DNA of 64,000 nt from Octopus sinensis (GCF_006345805.1 NC_043008.1:17918001-17982000); one strand, 5' to 3'. Numbered from the stretch's first letter, positions 52,370 to 64,000 are shown. Notes: generated by a model from the letters alone, not told the origin. Program-made: numbers and translations.

Positions 52370-52822
52370 TAACGATTAAATAATTAAATTTAGAAAAATT
52401 AGAAGAAAAGTTTTTTTAAAAGAATATTTCTATAGTAGTGTTCAGATTTAAGTGGCATTCTGCCTTTCTCTGACTCCCTTGTTTGCACTTGTGTGTTCGA
52501 GGTAGTTGTGAGCTCTTGGTAGGGTAGTAGAGAGAAGGCTGGTGAGGAAAGGGGGTGGGAGAATCTGGGAGTGCCCTGATGGTCGTATTTTGAATGGTCA
52601 TTGGCGGCTGGCAGTCTCAGTTCAATTCAGGAGATATTTATATTGACAGGCTTCTTTATAGAATTAGCGTAGGTGTGATACTAAAAAACATTAGTGACAA
52701 ACTTAAGGGGTAGGGGGTGGAGAAGAAGAAGAAGAAGAAGAAGAAGAAGAAGGAGAAGGAGAAGGAGAAGATGACGATGATGGTGATGGTGGTGATGATT
52801 ATGACAACGATGATGATGATAA

Positions 52823-52886
<64 letters not shown>

Positions 52887-52949
52887 CATACATGTGTGTG
52901 TATACTCAGCTTTAACTTGTCAGCCTGCTGCAGTTGTCTGGCTATTCAG

Positions 52950-53775
52950 TAACGCGGTCCAAACACGAAGAAATCTGAGGTTATTAAACTTGGCTCTTGG
53001 AGTATGCACACTCTCCAAGACAGTCACTCGGCACCAGAACGAAAACAAAACTGGTTGCCCTTGAACTAAAGACATACAACATTCACATAGCTTCACTCAG
53101 TGAAACTCGTCTTGCGGGATCATCACAGTTAAAAGAAAGTGAAAGTGGATACATATTTTTTCTGGTGTGAAAGAAATGAAAACGAGCCACACCACGCTGG
53201 TGTTGGTTTTGCCATCAATACAGAAATAGCTAGATCCCTTCTCTCTCTACCCAAATGTATTTCTGATCGCATCATGCCACTAAAGTTGGACATTGATCAC
53301 AACACTCACGCTTCGCTTGTCAGTTGCTATGCCCCAACCAATGTCAGCACTAAGGAGGATAAGGATGAACTCTACAACCGACTCCGTGATGTCATCTGCA
53401 GTTGTAACCATAGGGATAAACTTATCCTTATAGGTGACTTTCACGCTCGTGTTGATACTGAATATCAGGCTGGGGAGGGTGTGCTTGGTCACCATGGTGG
53501 AGGTTGAATGAATTCCAGCGGTCTGTGTGTGGTATCCATCAGCAGGGAATTCAGTCTGAACATCACAAATACCTTTTTACAACAGCGAAATCGTTGTAAG
53601 ACGACCTGGATGTATCCTAGATCTAAGGATTGGCATCTCATTAACAATGTTATCAATAAGACACGAGATATTAGGGATTTAACATTACACTTCCTTTCAT
53701 AACACCTGCTACCTCTCTGACCATTCACTTATCCGTAGTAGGGCTACGTTCCATCGGAAACACAAGACTACAACT
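52950..53775 (+). mobile_element. RTE-clade LINE apurinic-like endonuclease fragment
   Basis: YNIHIASLSETRLAG, HAGVGFAI, ISDRIM, SLVSCYAPT, LILIGDFHARV, LNITNTF, TTWMYPRSKDWHLI; frameshifted, no RT follows. Confidence 0.93.
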
Positions 53776-54021
53776 GTCATCAGTGCCTAAGTGAATTAAT
53801 GTTCTGAGTTTGAAAATTGTTGTAAAGCAAAATAAGCTCCCTATAGCTGTTTTCAAAAAACTTTCCAAAATTTTGATGAAAATTTTCAAAAACTTTTATG
53901 TAAATTTTCAAAAATCTTTTCAAAAACTTTCATGAAAATTTCAAAAAACCTTTCAAAAATTTTTCGAGAATTTTCATGACAATATTTTTTTAAATTTTAA
54001 AAAGATTTTCATTAAAATTTT

Positions 54022-54118
54022 ATTATTATTATTATTATTATTCTGGTCACTGACCTGGAATCGAACTCGGAATCTTGGAGTTAGTAGCCTGCGCTCTTAA
54101 CCACTACGCCATGTGCCC
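54022..54118 (-). mobile_element. Short tRNA-derived SINE with (AAT)n tail
   Basis: gggcacatggcgtagtggttaagagcgcaggctactaactccaagattccgagttcgattccaggtcagtgacc followed by (aat)n; A and B boxes present, acceptor stem mispaired. Confidence 0.75.
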
Positions 54119-54124
54119 ATATGA

Positions 54125-54375
54125 AATTTCTGAGTGATGTTCCTCTACCCTTATTTTGAGGGGGCGGCATGTTTCACCTTTTTATAACCTACCACAGCTG
54201 CATGGGATGGGGTACACGCAGTTTTTGGTCATATTCTATTCTACTGCTGGTTTTACCCGAAGGAGATATTAGTGAAGTGTTGTGTTACTCTTGAATACTG
54301 TCCTGATGTCATATGGGCCGCAGAACTTTTGTATCTTTTCGGAGAGGCCTTTCACATTGGGTAGACAGACTGCAG
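54125..54375 (-). mobile_element. Penelope-like element RT-linker/GIY-YIG endonuclease fragment
   Basis: VCLPNVKGLSEKIQKFCGPYDIRTVFKSNTTL..KNCVYPIPCSCGRL*KGETCRPLKIRVEEH matches the PLE VY.IPC.CG..Y.GET.R.L..R..EH motif. Confidence 0.88.
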
Positions 54376-54409
54376 ACAGTTTATTGGTTTGATCCCCTCT
54401 GTTCTTCAT

Positions 54410-54862
54410 AATTGGAGTAGATAATAGTTGCTAAATATATTGTTAATGAGCTTGATCATTTCTTATATTCTTTGATCATTTATTTGTGTATTAATGGAAA
54501 TCAATTACAATTTAATTCAATTTCGTTGAGTACTCTTCAGCAAATATTCAGCGCGAATATAGATGATATACATGTATAACCCATAGATAATGCCTTTTTT
54601 AAACACTTCTTTTATTTTTCAAACTTAAGATAAACAAAGTTCATTTTTAATCTAAAATATGCTCTTCTTCATTTTCCACAATGCTCTTCCATCTGTCTGG
54701 TAGGCTTGTTAGACACCTCTTCCAAATTCACTTGCTCGACTAAAAGGCGGTGCTCCAGCATGGCTACAGTCAAATGACTGAAACAGATGAAAGAATAAAT
54801 GAATAAAAATAAAAGAATATATAGATATATATATATATATATATAATATATATATATATATA

Positions 54863-54909
<47 letters not shown>

Positions 54910-54999
54910 TAGACAGACAGACAGGCAGACAAAATGATAGATAGATAGATAGAAATGGCAGACAGACAGACAGACAGACAAAAAGAGAGACAGACAGAG

Positions 55000-55070
<71 letters not shown>

Positions 55071-56517
55071 CAGATAGATAGATATACAAATGTTCAATAT
55101 TCCTAACTAAAAATATTCATTCTAGTATATGTTAGCGGTATATTTGTATCAACAACGTAGTATACGAGTATTGAAACGATATTCGAGGTCATCGAAATGT
55201 TTTCTTTTATTTCTACATATTGATATAATATTATTTAAATAGATATTTGTATATTGTGTATAACAGCCATGACATTATGTGCAGCAGTTGTCATCTGTAT
55301 AACACTAGAATATATTGTTGTATATGAAATCTGCAGCCATGAATAGATAATATCCTCTGTTTGTATATTGAGACAGACATATTTACAGCTACGTATACTT
55401 GTTGAGATGTCGTGTACTTTCAGCCATTAAATATTATCTTGCCTAGATATAAAAGCAACGACTGAACTAACAATATTTGTTTATTTCTTATACGTATGTG
55501 TGTGTGTGTATGTGTGTTTGTGCGTGAGTATACGTGTATTTTCGTTTGGTATTTTGTTTGTAAGAATTTTCCTGTGAACTCATGTTTTGAAACAAATTTT
55601 CCTGTATGATCGGTGTACTGACTCTCCTAATATATACATATATACATAATATATATATATATCACGTGATCACGTGAACGACCAGACCATCAGATGTTGT
55701 CAAATATCGCTGGTCACAATGCGTTCGCATTGTTTTAGCCTTTGAATGACGCCACCCCGCTGGCTAAGCGAGCAGGCCAATATATATATATATATATTTT
55801 TCGGGTTCGGTAGCGCATACTTATCATAAAATTAGTCGCACCTACTTCTCGTCATTCCAATTTTAACATTGTTCTTTCAAGATTTCTTCGTATCTTCTAA
55901 AATAAGAAAAAGTACTATCTTCTTCTGAGTTATAAATAAATACTCCATCTGAATTTGCTACGCCGTCTGAAGAGAATGAACCTGAAGTAGTTTCAGACTC
56001 CTACGTTACTTACGAGACTACCAAAACGCACACTACTAATACTCCCGACTTCTATTCTTTATAAGACTTCGTCTTGTCCATTCTCCAATCAGATAGAGGT
56101 GACAATTGGAGTAGATAATAGTTGCTAAAAAGATTGTTACTGAGCTTGATCATTTCTTATATTCTTTGATCATTTATTTGTGTATTAATGGAAACCAATT
56201 ATAATTTAGCTCAATTTCATTGAGCAAATATTCAGCGCGAATATTCAGCAAATATTCAGCGCGAATATAGATGATATACCAATAGATAATGTATAACCAA
56301 TAGATAATGCCTTTTTTAAACACTTCTTTTATTTTTCAAACTTAAGATAAACAAAGTTCATTTTTAATCTAAAATATGCTCTCCTTCATTTTCCACAATG
56401 CTCTTCCATCTGTCTGGTAGGCTTGTTAGACACCTCTTCCAAATTCACTTGCTCGACTAAAAGGCGATGCTCCAGCATGGCCGCATTCAAATGACTGAAA
56501 CAGACGAAAGAATAAAT
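54410..56517 (+). repeat. ~400-bp direct duplication (54410-54800 and 56104-56517)
   Basis: aattggagtagataatagttgctaaa..aaatgactgaaacaga.gaaagaataaat occurs twice, including the same SINE-B tip. Confidence 0.92.
54830..55085. repeat. (TA)n-(GA)n-(GACA)n-(GATA)n compound microsatellite
   Basis: Visible arrays. Confidence 0.95.
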
Positions 56518-56663
56518 TAATATATATATACCAATACAGTTACGACTATGCTGTTGTAGGTACAATATGCTCTTTGTCTATCTCCTTAACTTCTTGGAGG
56601 TTTTAGACGTAATTATACTAATGTGTGCATCTGTTCTAATTTAATTAAATTCTATGGCTTTGT

Positions 56664-56747
56664 GCAGCAGAAGATTGCTCTACATGTTAAATTGATGTAA
56701 TGATTGCATTGTTCAATTAATGGAGTTGCATGAAACGATCGTACTGC
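56664..56747 (+). ncRNA. Hammerhead-like motif with extended stem II
   Basis: GCAG-CAGAAGA-[TTGCTC..long hairpin..GAGTTGCAT]-GAA-ACGATCGT-A-CTGC. Confidence 0.5.
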
Positions 56748-57168
56748 TTTACCTTTGGATATCCTTGTTGCTTCTTTGGATTATATATATATATATATAT
56801 ATACTAGGGTCGAAAATATCAATGTAAACTTTATGAATGATGCATGACTTGTAATTAAGGACCAACTATAAATTTTCTTATTAAGGACAATCAACTTGGA
56901 AGAAGAAAGAAAAAAATGTCATTTAAATGCAAATGTTCTTAACGACACTCAAGTGTTGACTTCATCAATTCAGCAACGTAAAAGAAAAAAGCAGGCCGTA
57001 AATTTACTTTTCTCGGTAAGTTATATCATATATATTTAAGGAGTGTGTGTGTGCATTATTCTCCTACTTACTATACACATATTCGCTTCTCTGTGTAATT
57101 TCTATATGTAAACTGTACAGAGTTATAGTGTGCATTTGAAAACTCACCAATCTATTATATATATATAT

Positions 57169-57200
<32 letters not shown>

Positions 57201-57280
57201 ATATATATATATCTATATATTATATATATATATATATATTATAATATATATATATATATTATATATATATATATATTTAT

Positions 57281-57455
57281 TCCTTTACTTGTTTCAGTCA
57301 TTTTGACTGCGGCCATGCTGGAGCATCGCTTTTAGTCGAACAAATCGACTCCACGTCTTATTCTTTGTAAGCTTAGTAATTAGTCTATCGGTCTCTTATT
57401 CCCGAACCACTAAGTTACGAGGATGATGTGGAGGACAAACAAAGACGCACAAACA
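57281..57455 (-). mobile_element. SINE family B, 3' half
   Basis: tttacttgtttcagtcattttgactgcggccatgctggagc..ccactaagttacg. Confidence 0.8.
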
Positions 57456-57773
57456 TACACGCATATACACACAAACACACACACATGTACATATACACAC
57501 ACAAACATAGACACATACACATACACACATACACATACACACACATACACACTCACATATAGACAGTAAATCAAAGCTAGTTCATTCCAGGATTTGTTTG
57601 GATTTAACACTGAATGAATTTGATAAAAACATCTAAATATGAAACCTCACGAAAATAGTTCCAGCTGAAGTCCTTCTTGAGCGACATATTTTTCTATTCA
57701 ATACAGAAATACAGATAGTATTTAAGTAATTGTGATTTACTACTATGTGACATTTACCCAACCCTGTATATAT

Positions 57774-57827
<54 letters not shown>

Positions 57828-58139
57828 AGTGTGTAATGTATCAATTATCTAATTGATAACAGATGTATTAACTAAATCTGATAGTGTCTATCCTCCCATT
57901 TCTTACGCGAGATCATTATGATCGGTGGTTACTTTGCAATTTTCTAAGAGAAAAGTTGTTTGAAATTGGCAACATGGTCGTCAAAGCAATTTTCAGAATT
58001 GGACAATTGTGAATTTATTCGCATAAAACCATTGGTATCACATGGACAGCGTTAAATTCTAATAGAATCTATTCAAAAAACCAATATGTGTTTTTGTTCA
58101 ATTCTTGTCTAGTCCGTTACTCTCATATATATATATGTG

Positions 58140-58507
58140 TGTTAGCATGTACAAACACACACACACACACATACACACACACACATACACACACACACAT
58201 ACACACACACACACACATATATAGATATATATATATATGTTTTGTGTCTAATATATATATATATATATATCTTATATATATATATATGTGTATATATATA
58301 TATGTGTGTGTGTATATATATATATATATAATATATATGTACATATATATATATATTATAGATATCTATATATATTATATATATGTATATATATATATAT
58401 GTATATATATTAGATATATATATTATTATAATATATATATATATGTATAGTATATTATATAGATATATATATATATATGTATAGATATTATATATTATAT
58501 ATATGTA

Positions 58508-58544
<37 letters not shown>

Positions 58545-58590
58545 AGTATATATATTATTATATATATATATATATGTATATTATATAATA

Positions 58591-58669
<79 letters not shown>

Positions 58670-58680
58670 CATACATTAAT
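58140..58680. repeat. Long (CA)n/(TA)n low-complexity tract
   Basis: Visible array. Confidence 0.95.
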
Positions 58681-59574
58681 TTATGCTTGTATACCTATCC
58701 ATATATATGTCTGTGTATGTGAGTGTGTGTGTGCCTTCTGCTTCTCTGACTGTGCCTCTGTGGGCGTGTGTATGCGTTTCTGTGTGTTTGTGTATTATCT
58801 ATTTTAGGACTGTGAAATGACAACAATTATATGCCTGACAATTGGATGTGTTTTCTAAATATGATGGCCAATATTAGATTAGACTAAACTTGATTATGTT
58901 CGCAGACAGTATTCAAATCACTGTAAAATACTAGACATACTATTTGTCGTGTTTCTTTTCTTATTCTGATTCGAAGAGGATGAAAATCGCCCACAGAATA
59001 TTCTTTAAGAAAGGGGGATATATCTACTTCTCTAAGTTCGGAGTTATCCACTCATAGAATTTGTGTCATATAACTTATATATTTTCGAACATTTACTTAT
59101 GTGATGTTAACTTATTTTAGAAGAAACGAGTTCGTAAGACAGTGATGTACGACTATGGTGCATATTTTTGTAGTACACCCAAATACAGAAATCACAAAAT
59201 GAATACGATGTAAAAATGTGTACGAAGGACAAGACGGGAGAAATTATGTAATGTATTGCATTGTCTTACAAATGTTTCTGCTATAGAATGCAGTGCACTG
59301 AGAACTAAGCTAATGAAGTAGATCTCGCAATTCATGTTCTGTCGCATTTGTTTAATTTCGTATTACGCTCACTATAGCATTATTCTGAAGAATATATATA
59401 TATATTATATATATATATATTATTATATATATATATATATATATTACTATATTGCTACCTCAGTTCATCTAATTGTATATATCTCTCGTTACCTTTCATA
59501 AAAAGCCTTTTTCTTTTTTTATTTACAATCTGGATTTTCGTTGATTTTTCTTACTTTCCCCTTACATTTCCACG

Positions 59575-59855
59575 TGTAGTACCAGTTATGCACTGGGGAC
59601 GATATAACTGACTTAATCCGTTTGTCTGTCCTTGATTGTCCACTCTGTGTTTAGCCCCTTGTGGGTAGTAAAGAAATAGGTATTTCGTCTGTCGTTACGT
59701 TCTCAGCTCAAATTCCACCGAGCTTGACTTTGCCTTTCCTCCTTTCTGAGTCGATTAAATAAGTACCAGTTACGCACTGGCGTCGATGTAATCGACTTAA
59801 ACTGTTTGTCTACCCTTGTTTGTCCCCTTGAAGTTTAGCCACGTGTGGAGATAAA
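59575..59855 (+). mobile_element. SINE family A, 5'-truncated, two units
   Basis: gtaccagttatgcactgggg..gtatttcgtctgtcgttacgttctcagctcaaattcc. Confidence 0.85.
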
Positions 59856-60197
59856 TAAAGAAGAATCTACTCTTCAAGAATATAATTCTTTACAGCCTTA
59901 TAAAACTGACAACATTTAAAACTGTTACTAAGCCCCATAGATATCAAATGTACTTTCTTTTCAGTTGTGGCAAAATTGTGTATGAACTCTATATTTGAAA
60001 GGACCCATTTTAAACTCTGTTGGACTTTTGAACTTTGCTCATAGGGTACTGTAATATTACATATATACCATTCTGCTTAAAAATGGATTTACAACTTCAA
60101 TATCCATATATATCTTGCATCTATTTTCTTTCATCCACCTCACTCTCTATTTTACATCACATCTAAACTAACTATGACTTAATCATCCTCTTGCATC

Positions 60198-60249
60198 GTC
60201 TTCGATGAAGGGATATAATTAACAAATATCCTGGAAACAGCTGTAAGAC
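60198..60249 (+). ncRNA. Minimal hammerhead-like motif
   Basis: GTCT-TCGATGA-A-GGGATA-(11 nt)-TATCCT-G-GAA-ACAGCTGT-A-AGAC; GUA triplet. Confidence 0.65.
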
Positions 60250-60314
60250 CTTCTATCTATAAATGTTCTAATGTCTACACAGCCTTGGTTTTTTATCTCA
60301 TTACGCAAAAAATT

Positions 60315-60350
<36 letters not shown>

Positions 60351-60464
60351 CTTGATCACCTTGACCGAAAGTCCGTCCGGCATCTATTTGACACCGCTGG
60401 TCACAGAACGCTGTCCACTCCTCTCTGGATCACGCTTTTCTCATCCACGTGATCCAACGTGATC

Positions 60465-60608
60465 CCCGCTTGACAACCGATGCTGGTGTGTCTACGTCCC
60501 CGTAACTTAGCAGCTCGGCAAAAGATAACGGCAGAATAAGTACTAGGCTTACGAAGAATAAGTCCTGGGGTCAATGTGCAGTCAAATAACTGAAACACAT
60601 AAAAGAAT
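60465..60608 (+). mobile_element. SINE family B, 3' half
   Basis: cgcttgacaaccgatgctggtgtgtctacgtccccgtaacttagc..gaataagtcctggggtc. Confidence 0.8.
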
Positions 60609-61496
60609 ATATTAGTATATAATGTACAAGTGCATAAGTATATGGATATTTAAAAGGTAACTTAATAAATCTGTTGGTTTATTGGACCGATGAACAGCTT
60701 AAAGAAATTAAGAGTGTAGATATTTCCCATAATGCGGAAAACCATAGACAAGCCAGTCTCTCTGCTTCTCAGGAATATTTCTCCCTTCAACACTCATTTA
60801 TAAGAAGCTGTGACATCCAGACTTGTCTCCAGTAGAGATGAATGGTTTCAATCTGAATTTGTACACATCATAGTATAACCGTACGTAACATTCATGCATA
60901 TGTGTGTGTTCATGTGTCTGTAGGTGTGTGTATGTGTCTGTATGTGTGATTGTGTGTGTGTGAATTAGTGTGGGTTCGTGTATGCTTGTGCGTGTACGCG
61001 CATCCATAGTTACACATACGTGCTCTCCCAAACAGACACAAACACACACATATAATACATAGAGAGCCATATATATTCATGTATACATACGCATATAAAT
61101 TGTGATAAACTAATATATATGTGTGTATGTGTTTGTGTGTGTGTGTGTGTGTGCATATGATAACAATTATGTATACATATGTATGTAGATATTGATAGAT
61201 AAGCATATAGATACACAGACATATATAAATACATACACACTCATATATGTATAACACATACATACACACTTATACACAGACATACAAACATACATATACT
61301 TATATATATATATACATATATACTTATATATACATATATACATATATATACATATATACATATACATATATGTATACATATATATACATATATATATAAA
61401 TTAGAACAATCAAATTTTACATCACTCCGTATTTGTGGAGATTAATTTAGTTTTAGTGTTCTTTTTGTAGCTTTAGATTTCATTTATTCTCTGCCA

Positions 61497-61579
<83 letters not shown>

Positions 61580-61689
61580 TCTCTCCTGCTCTCTCAAAAT
61601 TTCCTCGATTTTATATTAATGTCCCAGTTAGTTAAGGGTCCATTAATGTGTTTCTAGTGATGTCCTGCTAGAATTTTCTTATTTTTCTT

Positions 61690-63200
61690 TTCATTGTTAA
61701 TGACACAGCCGTTCTTCTCATTCAGTATTTCCGCACCACTGGTTTTCAAGACAATTTTAAACAAGGGACAAATTGTAGTGTTGCAGATATAAAAAGGCAA
61801 TTATATTCTACTGGTTTCCGCATTAGTTTACAGCGATGACAGAGTAAGTATAGAGAAGTTTATATCAATTATTTCTTGGAATCAAACGCGTAACCAATAC
61901 TGGCAGTCAATACAGATCTTAATTATATTGCGCACTAATCTATAATGTAATTTATTGTGAAAAGTCTTTGGTCTTGCGCCATTATTAAGAAGCCATCTGT
62001 CTTGGTGTGTATAGATCTAAAATATATGGAACTTTAGATGCAATATACTTTTGTCGCCATCTTCTTTGTTTGCTTCACCGAGAATATTGTCTGTCGAGAT
62101 ATTTCTCTAAACTATTTGGTTTGGAAGATGATATATTCGATATAATTTAACCTTTTAGCATTTATCCTACAGTCTTTTATTTATATAATAAGGAAGAAAA
62201 TATAAACCTATCAACTTTTTGCAGTATTTACATATAAACACGCAGACACATACACACACCCATCATATGTGTGTGCGTATATGTCATAGTGCATATGTGT
62301 GATTATACTTTTATGTGTATGTACTTATATATCTGATCTTTCCTTTGTATATTTACTCAATGTCATTACCTGGAAGGTGCCGTGGTACATTAAGTTCATT
62401 CCTGTATTTATGTCTTTAAAGTTTGAAATATGTATATCATTTTGGTTTGAGATCACATTTAGGACTTTACTGAGAAGGGATTTCCATTCAATAATTATTA
62501 AGTAACCGCAAATGCTTCGAGCGTTCCATTTATTCCCCAATAAAAGTGATTTATAGCCGAGGTTCAAGGAGAGACCGACAACAAGCCTGCTAGCGGAAGT
62601 AGATTTCCAGCTAAATACATTAGGCGTTTCAGTAGTTGAATAATGTTTATCATAAAACTTAAAGAACATGTACACCGGAATATAAATACAGGTGGTTGAC
62701 ATCAGGTAATTTGGGGGACAAAATCTTAGTAATTGCTGCTCATGGTATTTAAATGTATCGATAATATGTGAAGAATATTGTTATATTAAAAATCGAAGAA
62801 TATCCACTAAAATATGTTATAGTAGTCCATACTTTTACAGTTAGGAACAATTTCAGGGATTATACATGCAGCTGTAATTCAGAAATACTCTCATATTGAA
62901 GCATTAAGCTAGATTTTTATATCTCATTTCCCTTTGGTGAGAACATTTGGTAGAGAAATGCTTTTCGAAAACGAACAATATAGGCAACATACGTAGTTAT
63001 TATAACATCTAATATATCTAATTAAAATTGAAGAACAGGTGTGTGTTTTATTATGCGATAGATTACCAATAAAAGAAAAGCATACACACACAGCAACTGT
63101 GAAGTTATATTGTTTGATTTTAATAGAAAGCATTCTAAAAATGTGATAAAATGTATAAAACGTTGCAATCCAAGCGTTGTAATATTGTTATACAAATATA
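61690..63200 (-). pseudogene. Possible decayed LRR gene relic
   Basis: GNLSHNKTH, STTCIYIPVYMFFKF, LSLNLGYKSL, LLSKVLNVISNQNDIHISNFKD, then a Cys-containing NIIKICIDCQYWLRV*FQ resembling an LRR C-terminal cap. Confidence 0.35.
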
Positions 63201-63256
63201 TCTGGCGACACAAAGAGAAAGATGACACTAGTATACGTAGCCCAAAATTGTATCTA

Positions 63257-63833
63257 TGGGTTTGTCCGGAAAGTTCGTGCCGATTTATAGTAGCTTATCT
63301 TTCGACTTATTTTAGAACATGGTTGAGTCCATAAAATAGAAATTGAGTCCATAAACTAGAAACCTCCAATTAGAGCACAGTTTAAGCTATCTTTTCGTAG
63401 AAGAAGGTTTATGTTCCTATAACCTGTGTTAATTCTGTAACCCTTTAAAATGGAAGATAAGAAAGTCCATTTTCGGCACTTGATGCTTTGGGAACCAGAC
63501 AAAAATTGTTGCTGCTCGGCTGGGATGTGTTACCCTACCTTCCATATTCACCAGATATTGCTCCTTCCGATTTCCACTTATTCAGGTCTCTGCAGAATAG
63601 TCTTTACGGTAAAAATTTCAATTCCTTGGATGACGTAAAAAGATACCTTCCTGAATTCTTTGCGATGAAACCACCTCAATTCTGGGAAGAGGGTATTTTC
63701 AAGTTAAAGGAAAGATGGAAACGCATTGTGCAACAAAATGGTTCATATTTGGTTGATTAAAAATGTAATGGCAAGTATTTATTGACCGTTTTCTTGCCTT
63801 TAAAAATCGGCACGAACTTTCCGGTCAGCCTAA
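63257..63833 (+). mobile_element. Internally deleted mariner with both TIRs and TA flanks
   Basis: TIRs ..tccggaaagttcgtgccgattt / aaatcggcacgaactttccgg..; N-terminal MEDKKVHFRHLMLWE is joined at ~63494 to C-terminal RQKLLLLGWDVLPYLPYSPDIAPSDFHLFRSLQNSL. Confidence 0.95.
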
Positions 63834-64000
63834 TAGAAGCTATCAATCCTGATGCACAATTAAGCAAATCAATTTACATGGATCTGGTATGAAATCATTC
63901 ATGTAACCATTTTTATGAGAACGTCAAACATCAGAAGAATCGGTTCCAAATATACAAATAAACAAAATATTTAAGGAGTAACAATAAATAAATAAATTTG

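Noticed and set aside
54045-54118. tRNA gene (anticodon-like ACT)
   Set aside because: Acceptor and anticodon stems are mispaired and it is followed by an (AAT)n tail rather than a T-run terminator; treated as a SINE. tRNAscan-SE would settle it.
6899-59855. Regularly recurring repeats resembling a CRISPR array
   Set aside because: The repeats are long dispersed SINE units with no constant repeat-spacer periodicity, no cas genes and a eukaryotic context.
458-61379. Dozens of long ORFs in the supplied track (poly-IY, -CV, -HT, -N, -I, -L, -Y)
   Set aside because: They are translations of (TA)n, (CA)n, (AAT)n and (CAT)n microsatellites that lack stops by composition.

Overview
This is very AT-rich, microsatellite-saturated eukaryotic DNA. 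The tRNA-derived SINE families look like those of an octopod cephalopod (recognised from memory, not database-verified). I found no intact, recognisable protein-coding gene, and nearly all supplied ORFs are microsatellite artefacts. The window holds many SINE copies from at least 5 families, plus decayed fragments of CR1/L2-group and RTE LINEs, a Penelope-like GIY-YIG endonuclease, mariner, pogo-type and Merlin transposases. It also holds several decayed LRR-gene relics, one with a probable TM+TIR tail (Toll-like receptor pseudogene). The strongest signal is a set of about 8 loci with minimal type-I hammerhead-ribozyme-like motifs from at least 5 unrelated short repeat families. They have palindromic stem III, non-canonical cores (including U3-A8) and sit beside microsatellites. 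In three cases they lie within long fold-back palindromes whose symmetry centre is under 10 nt upstream of the motif. All structures and translations were read by eye; ribozyme activity and protein-family calls need computational and experimental confirmation.
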